Shown piece after piece: positions 28,670-44,502 of a stretch of DNA of 64,000 bases. The stretch's first letter is position 1. Each line of letters opens with the position of its first letter. Below the pieces are notes generated by a model. The model ran no database searches. It had not been told where the DNA came from and worked only from the letters and a program-made list of their open reading frames with translations. The translations under genes and the position numbers were made by a program. Source of the DNA: the human T2T-CHM13v2.0 reference genome, Homo sapiens; assembly GCF_009914755.1 (NCBI RefSeq), contig NC_060927.1; one strand, written 5' to 3'.

Positions 28670-29011
28670 GCTAATTTTATGTGTCGACTTGGCTAGACCA
28701 TGTTGCCCACTTGTTTGGTCAAACATTAGCTTAGATGTTGCTGTGAAGATATATTTTATATGTTACTAACAGTTAAATCAACAAATAGACTTAGAGAAAA
28801 GTATATTACCTTTTGCACTGTGGGTGGGCCTCATTCAATCAGTTAAAGGTCTCAAGAGAATAGACTGAGGTCTCACAAAGAGGAAGGAATTCTCCTTCAA
28901 GACTGTCGTAAGAATCAAGAGCATGACATCAACTCCTGCCAAAATTTCCAGGCTGCCATTCTGCTGTGCAGATTTCAGACTTACCACAGTCTCTGTCTTT
29001 ATGCATGCTTG

Positions 29012-29027
29012 TCTCTCTCTCTCTCTC

Positions 29028-29078
<51 letters not shown>
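29012..29078. repeat. (TC)n(TG)n compound microsatellite within the MLT2D LTR
   Basis: Direct observation. Confidence 0.95.
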
Positions 29079-29080
<2 letters not shown>

Positions 29081-32000
29081 ATTCTATTGATTCTGTTTCT
29101 CTGGCGAAGCGTAGTACAGATAAGTTGAGATTTTCTTTTTTTCTCAGCGTAATTGAGTAAATTATATTGATATTATTTTGAGAACAGATAAAATCTTGTA
29201 AACATGTCTTCACATATCAAACATTTTTCCAAGCAAATAAAACATGGGCAGAAATGAATGTATCCAGGGACTTTGCATTTTATCAGGCACACCAGTGAGA
29301 ACAGTGGAGCTCTGTTGCCTTCATTTATAAATGTTCTGCTGATTATTACCCACTTGATTCTGTTATTAGTTCCAACACCTGCTAGTTAGGAGAAGCACTG
29401 CCAAGTTCTGAAATGAAGTCCCTATACCGCCAACCTTACTTGGCCCAAAATATCCTTGTGGAAGTGCAGTCCAAGCATTTCCATAGCTGTGGTTAGTCTA
29501 CCATTAAAAAATGAACCCAGATTGGAGATTATTAGAAATTTTCCAGATGCTAAGTCTATATATGCATTCTATCTGAAAAATTGTGTGCTTAGATATACAA
29601 AGGTTTACCCCATAATAATGAATGTTTAGTCTTGGCTGCTGCCCATTGTAAGCAACTGTAAGACGTTTCCTGCCATATTCTTCCTTGATGGACTGATATT
29701 CAATAAGTTAGAAATATCTTTCAGCAAACAGATTGTATGTTTTAACTTTAATGGAATACCAAAAGGTTGAATAAGTCAAAATGTCTTTTTACATCTTTGG
29801 TTCCCCAAATACTCCCTGAATTGCAAAATGAATTCCATGGTAGACTTTCCCTTTCAGAGACTGTCCTTTCCCCTTGCTTTGAAAAGATGAACTAGTCTGT
29901 GTGGCTGTTCCTGTGCTCACAGAGGGTCATCCTGAATCATTATGTTGAAATGCCTACATGTCTATATTCTTCAACTCTACTGTAGTTGTAGAAGCACAGG
30001 TGTGAAAAAAATACTTGATTGATTTTCAGCTTCATTTTCACCTTACCTAATTCTGCAACAAAATAAACTGCAGTTTAATGAGAAACTCATCCAGGTACAG
30101 TGGGATAAACCATAGCAATCCTCAGACCAATTGTAAGTGTTTCTTTCTCCATTTATCCTTTACCACACAGTTGTCCCCTTTGTTCAGGAATCATGGTGAG
30201 AAGGTTGGGATTGGAGTGCCCTGGGATATTAGAATAAAATGTGTAAATGTGATGCATGTTTAATTGCAGTTCTATAACTTGCAGTGCATTTTGAATGAAT
30301 TGTTTGTCTTCCTAAAAGGTACAATCACTTCACTAATTTCAGCTGTCCTAAGTTTCTCACAACTTCCCTTCATATTCGTATCGGAAAAGAGTCTTACTTT
30401 TTTTGCCAGGCCAAGAAAGAAAAATAGTTTATACTTCATTTTGTAAGAACTAAGTCAGACCAACGAACTTAGAAGGGTGAGTTTAAGTTGTCAAAAAAAA
30501 GAGACTCGGATAAAAAATGCCTCAGACTAAACATTCACACATCATCTCTCTGGACTTGACTTTGACCAGTCTGCTTTTACATCTCTGGAGATGTGTTGCA
30601 GGTGCCAGCCTCAGTGGTCTCCAGAGCTGCCAGCCTCCCATTCAGTGACCTAGGTGGCCACAGACATCTGACTATCATTGTGAAGTTTCAGAAAGTCTGA
30701 ATAAACATCAACATTTTCATAAAGAAGCCGAGAAATTCCAGATGCAGCAAGCCAGTGAGAGAAATGCTGTGGAAAGGAAGTGGTAACAGGCACTCCCACA
30801 TCTCTTGGACAGACATTCACATTTTCTACTCAGGGCATCTACTTACCCCCAAATGTAAGAACTGAACAAACATCACTTTCACAACCCATCCCAGTGAAGG
30901 CCTATTTTGATTCCAGAAATTTAGCAACTTGACCAAAGAAGTCTACCTATGAAAATTCCTGGCCACTTTCCTCCAATCTGAGACAAGAATGACAAGGAAT
31001 ATTTTTTCCCTCTCAGGAAAGAGAATCCTGCTGAGATTGGAATTGTCCATTCTAGACAGGGTCTGGCTTCTAGAATTTTAGGCAAGACACAATTAGTTAA
31101 AAAAAATGTGTGTAGTGAAATCAGACATACAGAAATACCATGAATAATTTTGAGTATTGTTATTTGATGTTTTAGAGGGAAAGAAATATTTTTTATTAGA
31201 CATTTTAAAGGCCAGAATATTTTTCAAATATATTCTTTCTTCTAGGTTAACTGCTGCCCCTTTATTGAGGAACTGTCTTATTTAAATGTGGTAGAGAAGA
31301 ATTCAGCTCAAAAATTGTTAATATTGGAAATAGAAATGATTCTTTCTGGAAACTGTAGCTCTATTGCTGTTATGCTGGTTGTCAGGTGGAATTTGGAACC
31401 AGATTTCCACATGTTCTGTTCCTGCGATAGCAGGATCCTTCCCTGTGTGAATGGAGGGTTTCACACCTTTGTACTCTATGTCAAGCGTTAAGCTTCCAAT
31501 CACCATCCCTGAAAAGTATCCCTAAAAACATAGTGACAAGACAATATGTGTACTCAGATTTTTAGTGAGGAATATTCAGATAGTTCCATTTGAATTCAAA
31601 TTCAGTAAAATGGAATGGTTTTAGCAAATAAGTTGCAACTATTTGTGTGGAAATTATTTCCTTTAGAGGTACCGTTCATACATTTAACACTTATGGAATT
31701 GCCTAGCATGTTCATGTGTATTTTTCCTTCTTAGTCTCTGCTTATAAAATGAAAAGTTTTGTTTCTCTAAAATTTTCAGGCATCTGAAAGTAGATGGAGA
31801 AATCTAAAAATGAAGAACAGAAATAGGTCTGACCATGAACAGCAAATCCCATGTACCAACTGAAATTAATGTTTTTCTTGATAGGCATATTGGAAAAAAG
31901 AAGATGCTAAGAAAAAAACTTATTATTAATGAAAATGTATTGGTTTCATTTAAACTAGGATCAGATTTTATAAATAGTAGGACTTTTAGCTTGATTATGT

Positions 32001-32228
32001 TATGGCCTAAACTGCCATGCAGAATTTGGTTTTCTTTTTTTCTTTTGATGTCTGCACTTTGTGAGGTTATCAATTAATCCTTTACAAGCTAATTGAAGTG
32101 CAGACTTGTGACAGAACAACAATTAGAATAAAAGGAGTTAATAAAACTATAGGACTGCGCCTTATGACTCAAAGTTTATGATCTACACGTTGAGTAATTT
32201 AGACAAGTCATCTGAAAAATAAATTTGA

Positions 32229-32548
<320 letters not shown>

Positions 32549-33147
32549 CAAATTAGCCATTTAAGAGTTCAGTAAACTCTGTTGATTGTTTGTATTTCAC
32601 TCCATGCTAAGAAGACTATGACCTATTAACTTCAGAGTAATTCTCGCTAGTACTACACCATAGGATTGAGCCAGCCATTATATTGAAAGTGAGGCTCTTG
32701 TACACATGGATTGAATGAACTCAAGACTGCCAACTATTGTCAGTTAGTAGCTGAATTGCAGAGATCTTGGCACAGAGTATTTAAAAATATGCTTTGGCTA
32801 GTCCCAAAAGAATTACTTTACTTTTAGAGTACTTTGAGAACACGCCATAAATGTGTGTTTGGCACAGGTCTATCTATTATATTCATTTGTATGTTTTCAT
32901 GGAAACTATCAGTCCACCAAAGCTTTTATACAGAAATATAATATCCTTGAATGAAAGTGATTGGAAAAGAATCAATTTCCTCTGTATACTAGGGCTATAA
33001 TAATAAAATGCATAAAGGGGTCAGGGGTTGGACAAACTTGTAGCATGACTTGTCCATTGTTTATCATCTATACTTCACATGTAAGAGTTATCAATATCAA
33101 TTCAATCAATAGCAAGGCAGGAATGCTTGTTTCACTTAATGTTGAAT

Positions 33148-33195
33148 ACACACGCACACGCACACACACACACACACACACACATATGCACACAC
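33148..33195. repeat. (CA)n microsatellite
   Basis: Direct observation. Confidence 0.9.
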
Positions 33196-33559
33196 AGTAT
33201 ATATGGAAAAAAGTCTCCCCTGGGATGGCAGAGTAGTGTTATTTCAAGAAAGCTGAACTTGGAATCTGGGAAACTTGGTCTAGCCCAGTTTTTCTATAAA
33301 CTCATTGTGTAACCATAGGCAAGGCACAATTACTGTGAGTCTCAGTCTCCTTTTTGTAAATCAAAGGAGTCTGACTCTTTCTAAGATATTTTCAATCTGC
33401 ACTTTTTGATCTTCAGGGGATGATAAGAGGAAAGTGGGAAGGGGGCAAATACAATGAATAATGAGATGACTTCCCAGATTTTGCTCCTTCCCAATGTCTG
33501 TGAATTCACCATGTCTGTGAATCTATTTTTATTAGCACAAGAAGCTCTCACAGCTCAAG

Positions 33560-33800
33560 CTCGGCATTTCCATAATTAGGTCAGGAAGCAAAAAGAATGG
33601 CACAAACTAGCTAAATTCTTGAGTCATAATGACTCAGTAGCTTATGAGGCCAAATCAGAGTTTCTGTGGGAATAGCTAGCTTCATAAACATTCTTGGCAT
33701 GATTGGCTTCAGGGACCATGCTTTGAACAAGCAACCTAAGGACACCGAGCAAGGTCTAGGGACAGAGATTCTGACTCAATCCAAGGGCTTCAACCTCTTC
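33560..33800. promoter_or_regulatory. Candidate AP-1 enhancer
   Basis: TGAGTCAT-A-ATGACTCA at 33620-33636, a third TGACTCA at 33772-33778, ETS CAGGAAG at 33582. Confidence 0.4.
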
Positions 33801-34163
33801 TCAGTCTGTATGACACAAGGCCTCTGACTTTGGCTAGTGCTGTGACTGCCACTTACTCTTCCTTGCTCTCAGTTCCACGTTTACAAGATGAGATGCTGTC
33901 TAAAGTCATTTACTGTTCTGTTATTTTTATGGGCTCTTTAGAATATGTAAAATATTTGGACTCTACAATAAAACAAAATAGTCAACTCCTATTCTCTACG
34001 TGTGTACTCTGCAAATTTAACTATATGCATTAGTTTTTATTGTGACATACAACAAGCTGACAATGTTCTTTTACTTGTGTGAAATTAATAAGCCTGACAT
34101 CTTTGGATTCCTCCTATTCTTTTACGTCATATTCACTGGACATAGGCAATTCATTTGTGTATC

Positions 34164-34569
34164 TGTATGAGTCTGTTCTCACACTGAAATAAAGAAATAC
34201 CTGAGACTGGGTAATTTATAAATAAAGGAGGTTTAATTGGCTCACAATTCTGCAGGCTGTATAGGAGGCATAGTGGCTTCTGCTCAGCTTCCAGAGAGGC
34301 CTCAGGAAACTTACCATAATGGCAGAAGGCAAAAGGGAAGCCAGCACTTCACATAATAGAGCAGGAGAAAGAGAGAGGGGTAAGGTGCCACACACCTTAA
34401 ACAACCAGATCTCATGAGAACTCACTATTTTGATGACAGCACCAAGGGGGATGATGTTAAACCATTCAGGAGAAACTGTCCCCATGGTCCAGCCACCCAC
34501 TAGACCCCACCTTCAACATTAGAGATTACAATTTGATGTGAGATTTGGTGGCGATGCAGATCCATATCA
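34164..34569 (-). mobile_element. MSTA/MSTB solo LTR
   Basis: ..GGCCTCAGGAAACTTACC..ACAGCACCAAGGGGGATG..CATATCA; TSD GTATC/GCATC. Confidence 0.87.
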
Positions 34570-34749
34570 GCATCACTTGCTTCTCAGCTTTAATAGGCCT
34601 CCCTTAAACCCCCCAAAATCTATTCTTAAGTATTCTTTGAATTCTTCTTGTTGCATCAAAGAATTCTTCTTTTTAAGAAAAGACATAAAGTTCTCTGTAA
34701 CGTGTAGCAATGATAGTCAACAGTGGGATATTGCCAGAGAAATGTAATG

Positions 34750-35173
34750 TGTATTAGTTTGCTGGTGCTGCAGTAACCAAATTGGGTGGCTTAGACAACA
34801 GAACTGTGTTGTCTCAATGTTCTAGAGGATAGAAGTTTGAGACCAAGGTGTCAGCAGGGTCAGTTCCTTCTGAGGGCTGTGACAGAGAATCTGTTTCATG
34901 CCTCTTTCCTAGCATTTGGTGGTTTGTTAACAATCTGTCGTTCCTTGATTTGTAGAAGTGTCACTTCAGTTTCTGATGTCATCTTCACATGGTGTCTTCC
35001 ACATTTGCTTATCTGTGTCCTACTTTCCCCTTTTTATAAGGAAACCAGTCATACTGGATGAGGGGCTACCCTAGTCCAGTATGACTGCATTTTACCTTAA
35101 CTAATTAATATCTACAACAATTCTACTTCCAAATAGGGTCACATTTTAGGGGAATGCAATTCAACCTATTGCA
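34750..35173 (-). mobile_element. MLT1C-like solo LTR
   Basis: TGTATTAGTTTGCT..CAAGGTGTCAGCAGGG..TTCCAAATAGGGTCACATT..AATTCAACC. Confidence 0.82.
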
Positions 35174-35222
35174 TATGGCTTCCAATATTCTTAGTGTGGG
35201 GAGAATCCCATTAATGAAATTG

Positions 35223-35262
35223 GTTTCAGAGCTCAGTTGATCAAAGTTTCAGAGCTCAGTTG
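35223..35262. repeat. 17-bp perfect direct repeat, 23-bp period
   Basis: GTTTCAGAGCTCAGTTG x2 separated by ATCAAA. Confidence 0.85.
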
Positions 35263-36129
35263 CTTTAATAACACATTTCTATGGAAGACTCTTGGCTAAA
35301 TTATGCAGAACCAATGAGTTTGCTGTTATTCTGCTGTCTCTTTCTGGGTCCTTTTGCTCTTGGTGGGTCTGCTACCCTTAATTCTTTTGTATTACCTGCC
35401 CTTCAGAACAGATACGTAATTTATAATTAAACTTCTGCCACAGCCTTTGTCGATTTAGGGAACATCTCTGATCTCTCTTGCTAATCATGACAGAATTTTG
35501 GAGTCTATTTAACTTCTTAGCTGGTAGCTCTATCTGACATGCTTACAGAATTACGAGATGTTAAATTTTAAAAATTATCTCTCTATATTTCACTTCAAAC
35601 CATCCTCTTCACTTTCGTCTTCAACAAGGTAACTAACCATTTTAGCCAGCTCCTCATTTCTGTGACTTGTTCTTTTATTCTGGTCTCAGAAAACCTTAGC
35701 CTTCTTAAGTCTTCTCTCCCTTCATCTCCAGTATCCAACTTGTCAAAAGTTACTATAATTTTTCTCTTTGACTTGTCTCTAATGTCCACCGTACCTGTTT
35801 TAAGCACTTTATTTGGGGAAAATATTCCTATCTTTGCCTGTTCACAGAAATATCTAGAACCTATTCTTTGTGAGGGAGAAAGGGTGGGGCCTAAGATTTA
35901 TCAAGCACAAGGTACTTTGCTAGGCACTGTACATAGACTATCTTATTTTAATCACATAATAATCCCATGATATGTTTTTGCCTAACTTTATGAACAGATA
36001 CAGAAAAATCTAAAGACATTATTTGTGACCATAAACTAATAGCCAAGGAGAAAAGATCTCCGGAGTTTTTCACATTTCAGGAAGAACTGCTGGACTTTAA
36101 CACCATTTGAATGATAATAATAATGATGA

Positions 36130-36380
36130 TAATATATTTATTAACCACTTACTTCCTGTTAGGCTCTGGCCCACAAGGGCTTTGACTACTTTATGCCATT
36201 TTATCCTCATAACAACCTTTGGAGGAAGGTGAAAACTTTGTTTTACAACATGAGAAAACTGAGGCTAAGGGAGGTAAAATAACTTGACCAAAGTTTCATA
36301 GCTGGGAATTAGTAGAACCTATATTGGAACTCAATCAGCTTGAGTTCAGACCCTTTACTTTTAATGACAACACTATTTGA
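36130..36380 (-). mobile_element. MIR SINE
   Basis: ATCCTCATAACAACC..GAAAACTGAGGCTAAGGGAGGTAAAATAACTTGACCAA. Confidence 0.75.
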
Positions 36381-37157
36381 AAATGTGAGATATCACACAT
36401 TGTTTTCTACTTAGTCATCTTTTGCAAAAGCACTCCCAGCTCTCTTCATTAAAATTGCCACGCTTAAACACTACACTACACATCTTGCCATAATTTCTAG
36501 CTGAGTGTTGGGCACAAAGTTTATGTGCAATACATACTTTCAGTAATTTCCTCCATAATTAAAAGCTGTTTCTTTTAACTAGCCACATGAATGTGATTTT
36601 AAATACACTAAACACAACTGGAAAAGTCATTACTAAATTATGGGTTGAGAAAAATATTGGACACAGAGTTGACACTAATGTTTTAGCCCTGCTTTGTCAC
36701 TAACACCTGTGATACTCAGTTTTTTCATCTGTAAATTGAAAAGCTTTGTTTTAGAATGTTTCAGTATAAAATGATTTTTTAAAATATTTTTTACAGTTTT
36801 AATAGAGCTATCAATTTACATATGTGACATAATATTATACGAAGTAAGTAAAACAGACATGACCATATCTTTGATGTATAATCTGAGACAGAAAATTCTT
36901 TTACATAATTAATTTCTCTGGATATACTATTTATCTTTTTATACTTATTTTGGATTCATTAGAATATATATAATTTTTTATCTGAAATTTAAAATAAGTT
37001 ACCAATACATTTTGATTGGCAGGTAGGTGTTGATGGTTAGCATTTTGATAACCAAATCTCATTCATCTTCATTTTGCATAATACCTCATTCCACTTCAAG
37101 AAACTTTCCCAAGCATAATATTTTCTTGCTTGATATGTTAGAATAGTGATCTACAAC

Positions 37158-39348
<2,191 letters not shown>

Positions 39349-39513
39349 TTTTTAAATGTATACCCCACATTTTGTAGTTCTGATCATGCTTTAATTATGT
39401 TGGAAAATATGTTCATTTCTGGTTAATAGGAAAGAACATATGGAATGTCAATTTTAGTATAGTGGTTTTATTCCCTGGTATTTAGGAATGCAAATAATGT
39501 GTACCCAGGATTC

Positions 39514-39515
<2 letters not shown>

Positions 39516-39552
<37 letters not shown>
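39516..39552. repeat. (TG)n microsatellite
   Basis: Direct observation. Confidence 0.95.
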
Positions 39553-39554
<2 letters not shown>

Positions 39555-41053
39555 TTAGTATCAGTGGTCAGATTTAATCTAATCTATGTATTCACCCAGA
39601 AATACACATGTGCTCAGTGTCCAGCCATATTAACTATGAAATTGGTAGCACATGTTATCTTCTTTGATGTTTCATATCATTCTCTTCACATTTTAATTCC
39701 AACCCTTAAAAAGAGACTATTTAGTATTTCACATGCATTAAAATTAGCAGCAGATGAACTATAGTACATTAATTAAAAACTGGAGATCCAAACAGCAGGG
39801 CTTCATATAATTTGCCCATAGGCATACAGCAAATATAGCATTTAAAGCCATATAGTCTGATTCCTAAGCCAACTCACTAACCATTCTCTGAAAGACAAAT
39901 TTGAACAACTTTCCACTCAGTAAATTTTTAAATAGAAAAATTGTTTTTTAAAATTGCCATATTTCAACAATAAATGGTATATAAGTCCTGAAAAGCCAGT
40001 TTGTAAAAACAAAGTATCAGGGAGTTACTCTCCTATCCTTAGCTTTTATCATCATTCACTTAATTTTCAGATTTGTTCTTGGCCTCCATAGAACACTTCC
40101 TTTGGATATAACGTAATCTCCTAATTTAGAATGTTCTCAGCTCCATTGCTTCCACAGCTTCTTCAGGTATAAAAACTTTTACATGTTTTTTTTCTATATT
40201 CAAATTTTTAATGTCCCCAGAGAATGAGCCTTAATTGCAAGACACACAAAAGAGACATTTAAAAAGATCTTTCTGGCTTTTCCCAATTCTTAGCTGCTTC
40301 GAATGTAGGGTATGGTGAGGAGAGAAACATTCATATTTCAATGAGTTCTATAGAAATTACATTGCTAAAACAGTCAATAAATATCTTAGGACTACATGGA
40401 AAGTAAAAGCAGCTTCAGTATATATGCATCCCAAGTATGCCTTCATACTTGGATAGGTAGACAGTGCTATGATCCTATTCTTTGCAAAAATATTCAGATT
40501 ATTGATGCAAAATAACAGGTTCTAAGTTAAAATGGCAGGTTGACAATACTTATTTATTGTCTTCCTGTACATTCCTCATATTCAACTGAAAGAATAGAAA
40601 ATCTATGAAAACATGTCTCATTTTTTACTTCTATAAATTTCAAGTTATTCAGGATTATCTTTTGTAAATTGTTCACAGCCTGCATCCATTCTTCTATTGT
40701 TTATATTTTTCTTATTAATTTATGATTTTATATATAAATTATATTTTACATATGAATTCTTTGCTGGTTTTAGCCATTATAAATATTTTATCCCGACCCA
40801 TGGTTTTGGTATTTATTTATGATGTCTTTTGTCAAATAAAGGAATTAAATTTAGCAGTCAAATGTATTCATAATTTCCTTCATGTTTTTGTCCTGTGTGT
40901 CTTAAGTAATCCTTTACTACTACATGTCATAAACATATTTTTCCATATTTTCTTTAAACAATTAAAAAATTTGGCTTTCACATGTAGGTTTAAATTTGGG
41001 TTTCCCATTTAGTTCTATCTATTTATCTATCGTTTATTTTCTTTTTAATTTTT

Positions 41054-41610
41054 CAATTTTTTATTTCAATAGGTTTTTGGGGATCACGTGGTGTTTGGTT
41101 ACATGAACAGTTTCTTTAGTGGTGATTTCTGAGATTTTGGTGCACCCATAACCCGAGCATTGTACACTGTATCCAATGTAAAGTCTTTTATCCCTCACCA
41201 CCCCTAACCCTTTCCCCTGATTCTCCAAAGTCCAATGTATCATTCTTATGCATTTGCATCCTCATAGCTGAGCTCCCACATATGAGTGAGAACATACAAT
41301 GCTTGGTTTTCCATTCCTGAGTTACTTCACTTACAATAATAGTCTCCAATTCCATCCAGGTTGCTGCAAATGCCATTATTTTGTTCCTTTTTATGGCTCA
41401 GTAGTATTCCATACTATATGTGCATATCACATTTTCTTTGTCCACTAATTTATTCATGGGCATTTGGACTGGTTCCGTATTTTTGCAATTGCAAATTGTG
41501 CTGCTATGAACATGCATGTGCAAGCATCTTTTTCATATAATGACTTCTTTTCCTCCGGGTAGATACCCAGTAGTGGGATTGCTGGATCAAATGGTGCATC
41601 TACTTTTAGT
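41054..41610 (-). mobile_element. L1PB1-like 3' end inserted in an older L1M fragment (~40600-41850)
   Basis: ORF 41188-41376 (AFAATWMELETII) is the ORF2 C-terminus; L1PB-type 3'UTR; flanking TTAATTTTT repeat. Confidence 0.85.
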
Positions 41611-41849
41611 TAATTTTTATATGTGGTATTGTGTGACGTAGAGAAGTAATCTTGTCTTTTTACTACATGGGCAGCCAAATGTCTCACACTTATATTGGTT
41701 ACCCTATTCCCTCCCCAACAGTTAGTACTGCCCCATCAATGTCTTTCAAGAAATGTGTGTACAAAGAGAAGATTCTAGGCTCTGCATTATCATCATTGTT
41801 CTTTTTCTCATTTCTTGCATCAAGACCATATGTCTTAATTATGGTAAGT

Positions 41850-42041
41850 GTTTTTTAACTTTTATTTTTGTTTCGGGGTATATTTAGAGATTTGTTAACA
41901 TAGGTAAACTGTGTGTTGCTGGGGCTTGGTATACAGCTTATTTTATCACCAGATACTTAATAGGTAGGGTTTTCTTTATCTTTACTGCCCTCCTACCTTC
42001 CACCCTCAAGTAGAATGCATGGTATTTGGTTTTCTGTTCTT
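41850..42041 (-). mobile_element. Older L1PA (PA13-16-like) 3' end fragment, target of the next L1
   Basis: ..ACATAGGTAAACTGTGTGTTGCTGGGG..CCACCCTCAAGTAG..GGTATTTGGTTTTCTGTTC. Confidence 0.65.
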
Positions 42042-42588
42042 TTTTATTTTATTTTATTATTATTATAGTTTAAGTTTTAGGGTACATGTACACAACGTGC
42101 AGCTTTGTTACATATGTATACATGTGCCATGTTGGTGTGCTGCACCCACCCCACAACAGTATATCTCCTAATGCTATCCCTCCCCACTCCCCCCACCCCA
42201 AAACAGTCCCCAGTGTGTGATGTTCCCCTTCCTGTGTCCATGTTTTCTCATTGTTCAATTCCCACCTATGAGTGAGAACATGCGTGTTTGGTTTTTTGTC
42301 CTTGCGATAGTTTGCTAAGAATGATGGTTTCCAGTTTCATCCATGTCCCTACAAAGGACATGAACTCATCATTTTTTATGGCTGCATAGTATTCCATGGT
42401 GGATATGTGCCACATTTTCTTAATCCAGTCTATTGTTTTTGGACATTTAGATTGGTTCCAAGTCTTTGCTATTGTGAATAGTGCCACAATAAACATACGT
42501 GTGCATGTGTCTTTATAGCAGCATGATTTATAATCCTTTGGGTATATACCCAGTAATGGGATGGCCGGGTCAAATGGTATTTCTAGTT

Positions 42589-43422
42589 CTAGATCCTTTC
42601 AAAGAACATCTTTATTTCTGCCTTCATTTCATTATTTACCCAGTAGTCATTCAGGAACAGGTTGTTCAGTTTCCATGTAGTTGAGCGGTTTTGAGTGAGT
42701 TTCTTAATCCTGAGTCCTAGTTTCACTGCACTGTGTTCTGAGAGACAGTTTGTTATAATTTCTGTTCTTTTACATTTGCTGAGGAGTGCTTTACTTCCAA
42801 CTATGTGGTCAATTTTGGAATAGGTGTGGTGTGGTGCTGAAAAGAATGTATATTCTGTTGATTTGGGGTGGAGAGTTCTGTAGATGTCTATTAGGTCCAC
42901 TTGGTGCAGAGTTGAGTTCAATTCCTGGGTATCCTTGTTAACTTTCTGTCTCGTTGATCTGTCTAATGTTGACAGTGGGGTGTTAAAGTCTCCCATTATT
43001 ATTGTGTGGGAGTCTAAGTCTCTTTGTAGGTCACTAAGGACTTGCTTTATGAATCTGGGTGCTCCTGTATTGGGTGTATATATATTTAGGATAGTTAGCT
43101 CTTCTTGTTGAATTGATCCCTTTACCATTATGTAATGGCTTTCTTTGTCTCTTTTGCTCTTCGTTGGTTTAAAGTCTGTTTTATCAGAGACTAGGATTGC
43201 AACCCCTGCCTTTTTTTGTTTTCCATTTGCTTGGTAGATCTTCCTCCATCCCTTTATTTTGAGCCTATGTGTGTCTCTGCATGTGAGATGGGTTTCCTGA
43301 ACACAGCACACTGATGGGTCTTGACTCTTTATCCAATTTGCCAGTCTGTGTCTTTTAATTGGAGCATTTAGGCCATTTACATTTAAAGTTAATATTGTTA
43401 TGTGTGAATTTGATTCTGTCAT
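42589..43422 (-). pseudogene. ORF2: L1 ORF2 endonuclease domain, open 277-aa frame ended by the deletion junction
   Basis: [39 protein letters not shown]. Confidence 0.92.
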
Positions 43423-43485
43423 TATGATGTTAGCTGGTTATTTTGCTCGTTAGTTGATGCAGTTTTTTCCTAGCCTTGATGGTCT

Positions 43486-44502
43486 TTACAATTTGGCATG
43501 TTTTTGCAGTGGCTGGTACTGGCTGTTCCTTTCCATGTTTAGTGCTTCCTTCAGGAGTTCTTTTAGGGCAGCCTGGTGGTGTCAAAATCTCTCAGCATTT
43601 GCTTGTCTGTAAAGGATTTTATTTCTCCTTCACTTATGAAGCTTAGTTTGGCTGGATATGAAATTCTGGATTGAAAATTCTTTTCTTTAAGAATGTTGAA
43701 TATTGGTCCCCACTCTCTTCTGGCTTGTAGAGTTTCTACGGAGAGATCCACTGTTAGTCTGATGGGCTTCCCTTTGTGGGTTACCCAACCTTTGTCTCTG
43801 GCTGCCCTTAACATTTTTTCCTTCATTTCAACTTTGTTGAATCTGACAATTATGTGTCTTGGAGTTGCTCTTCTCGAGGAGTATCTTTGTGGCGTTCTCT
43901 GTATTTCCTGAATTTGAATGTTGGCCTGCCTTGCTAGATTGGGGAAGTTCTCCTGGATAAGATCCTGCAGAGTGTTTTCCAACTTGGTTCCATTCTCCCC
44001 ATAACTTTCAGGTACACCAATCAGACGTAGATTTGGTGTTTTCTATAGTCCCATATTTCTTGGAGGCTTTGTTTGTTTGTTTCTTTTTATTCTTTTTTCT
44101 CTAAACTTCTCTTCTCGCTTCATTTCATTCCTTTCATCTTCCATCACTGATACCCTTGCTTCCAGTTGATTGCATCAGCTCCTGAGGCTTCTGCATTCAT
44201 CACGTAGCTCTTGTGCCTTGGTTTTCAGCTCCATCAGGTCCTTTAAGGACTTCTCTGCATTGGTTATTCTAGTTATCCATTCATCTAATTTTTTTTCAAA
44301 GATTTTAACTTCTTTGCCATTGATTCAAATTTCCTCCTGTAGCTCGGAATAGTTTGATCATCTGAAGACTTCTTCTCTCAACTCATCAAAGTCATTCTCT
44401 GTCCAGCTTTGTTCCATTGCTGGTGAGGAGCTGCATTCCTTTGGAGGAGGAGAGGTGCTCTGATTTTTAGTTTCCAGTTTTTCTGCTCTGTTTTTTCCCC
44501 AT
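43486..44502 (-). pseudogene. ORF1: L1 ORF1, disrupted
   Basis: ATGGGGAAAAAACAG start at 44502; ORF 43563-43982 (ENFPNLARQANIQIQEIQRTP..); frame broken elsewhere. Confidence 0.9.

Larger units (their letters stand above)
27713..29118 (+). mobile_element. MLT2D-like LTR, outer layer of a nest
   Basis: First 11 bp CGTGGTGGTTA separated from ATTTTATGTGTCGACTTGG (from 28674) by an insert; TSD GATAC/GATAA. Confidence 0.8.

Noticed and set aside
30030-30132. Possible 103-nt exon (TTTTCAG|..|GTAAGT) and acceptor-like sites near 31245 and 31779
   Set aside because: Splice-like motifs alone do not establish a lncRNA exon
35047-35087. Inverted repeat CAGTCATACTGGA..TCCAGTATGACTG
   Set aside because: Largely a built-in feature of the MLT1C LTR, not an RNA gene
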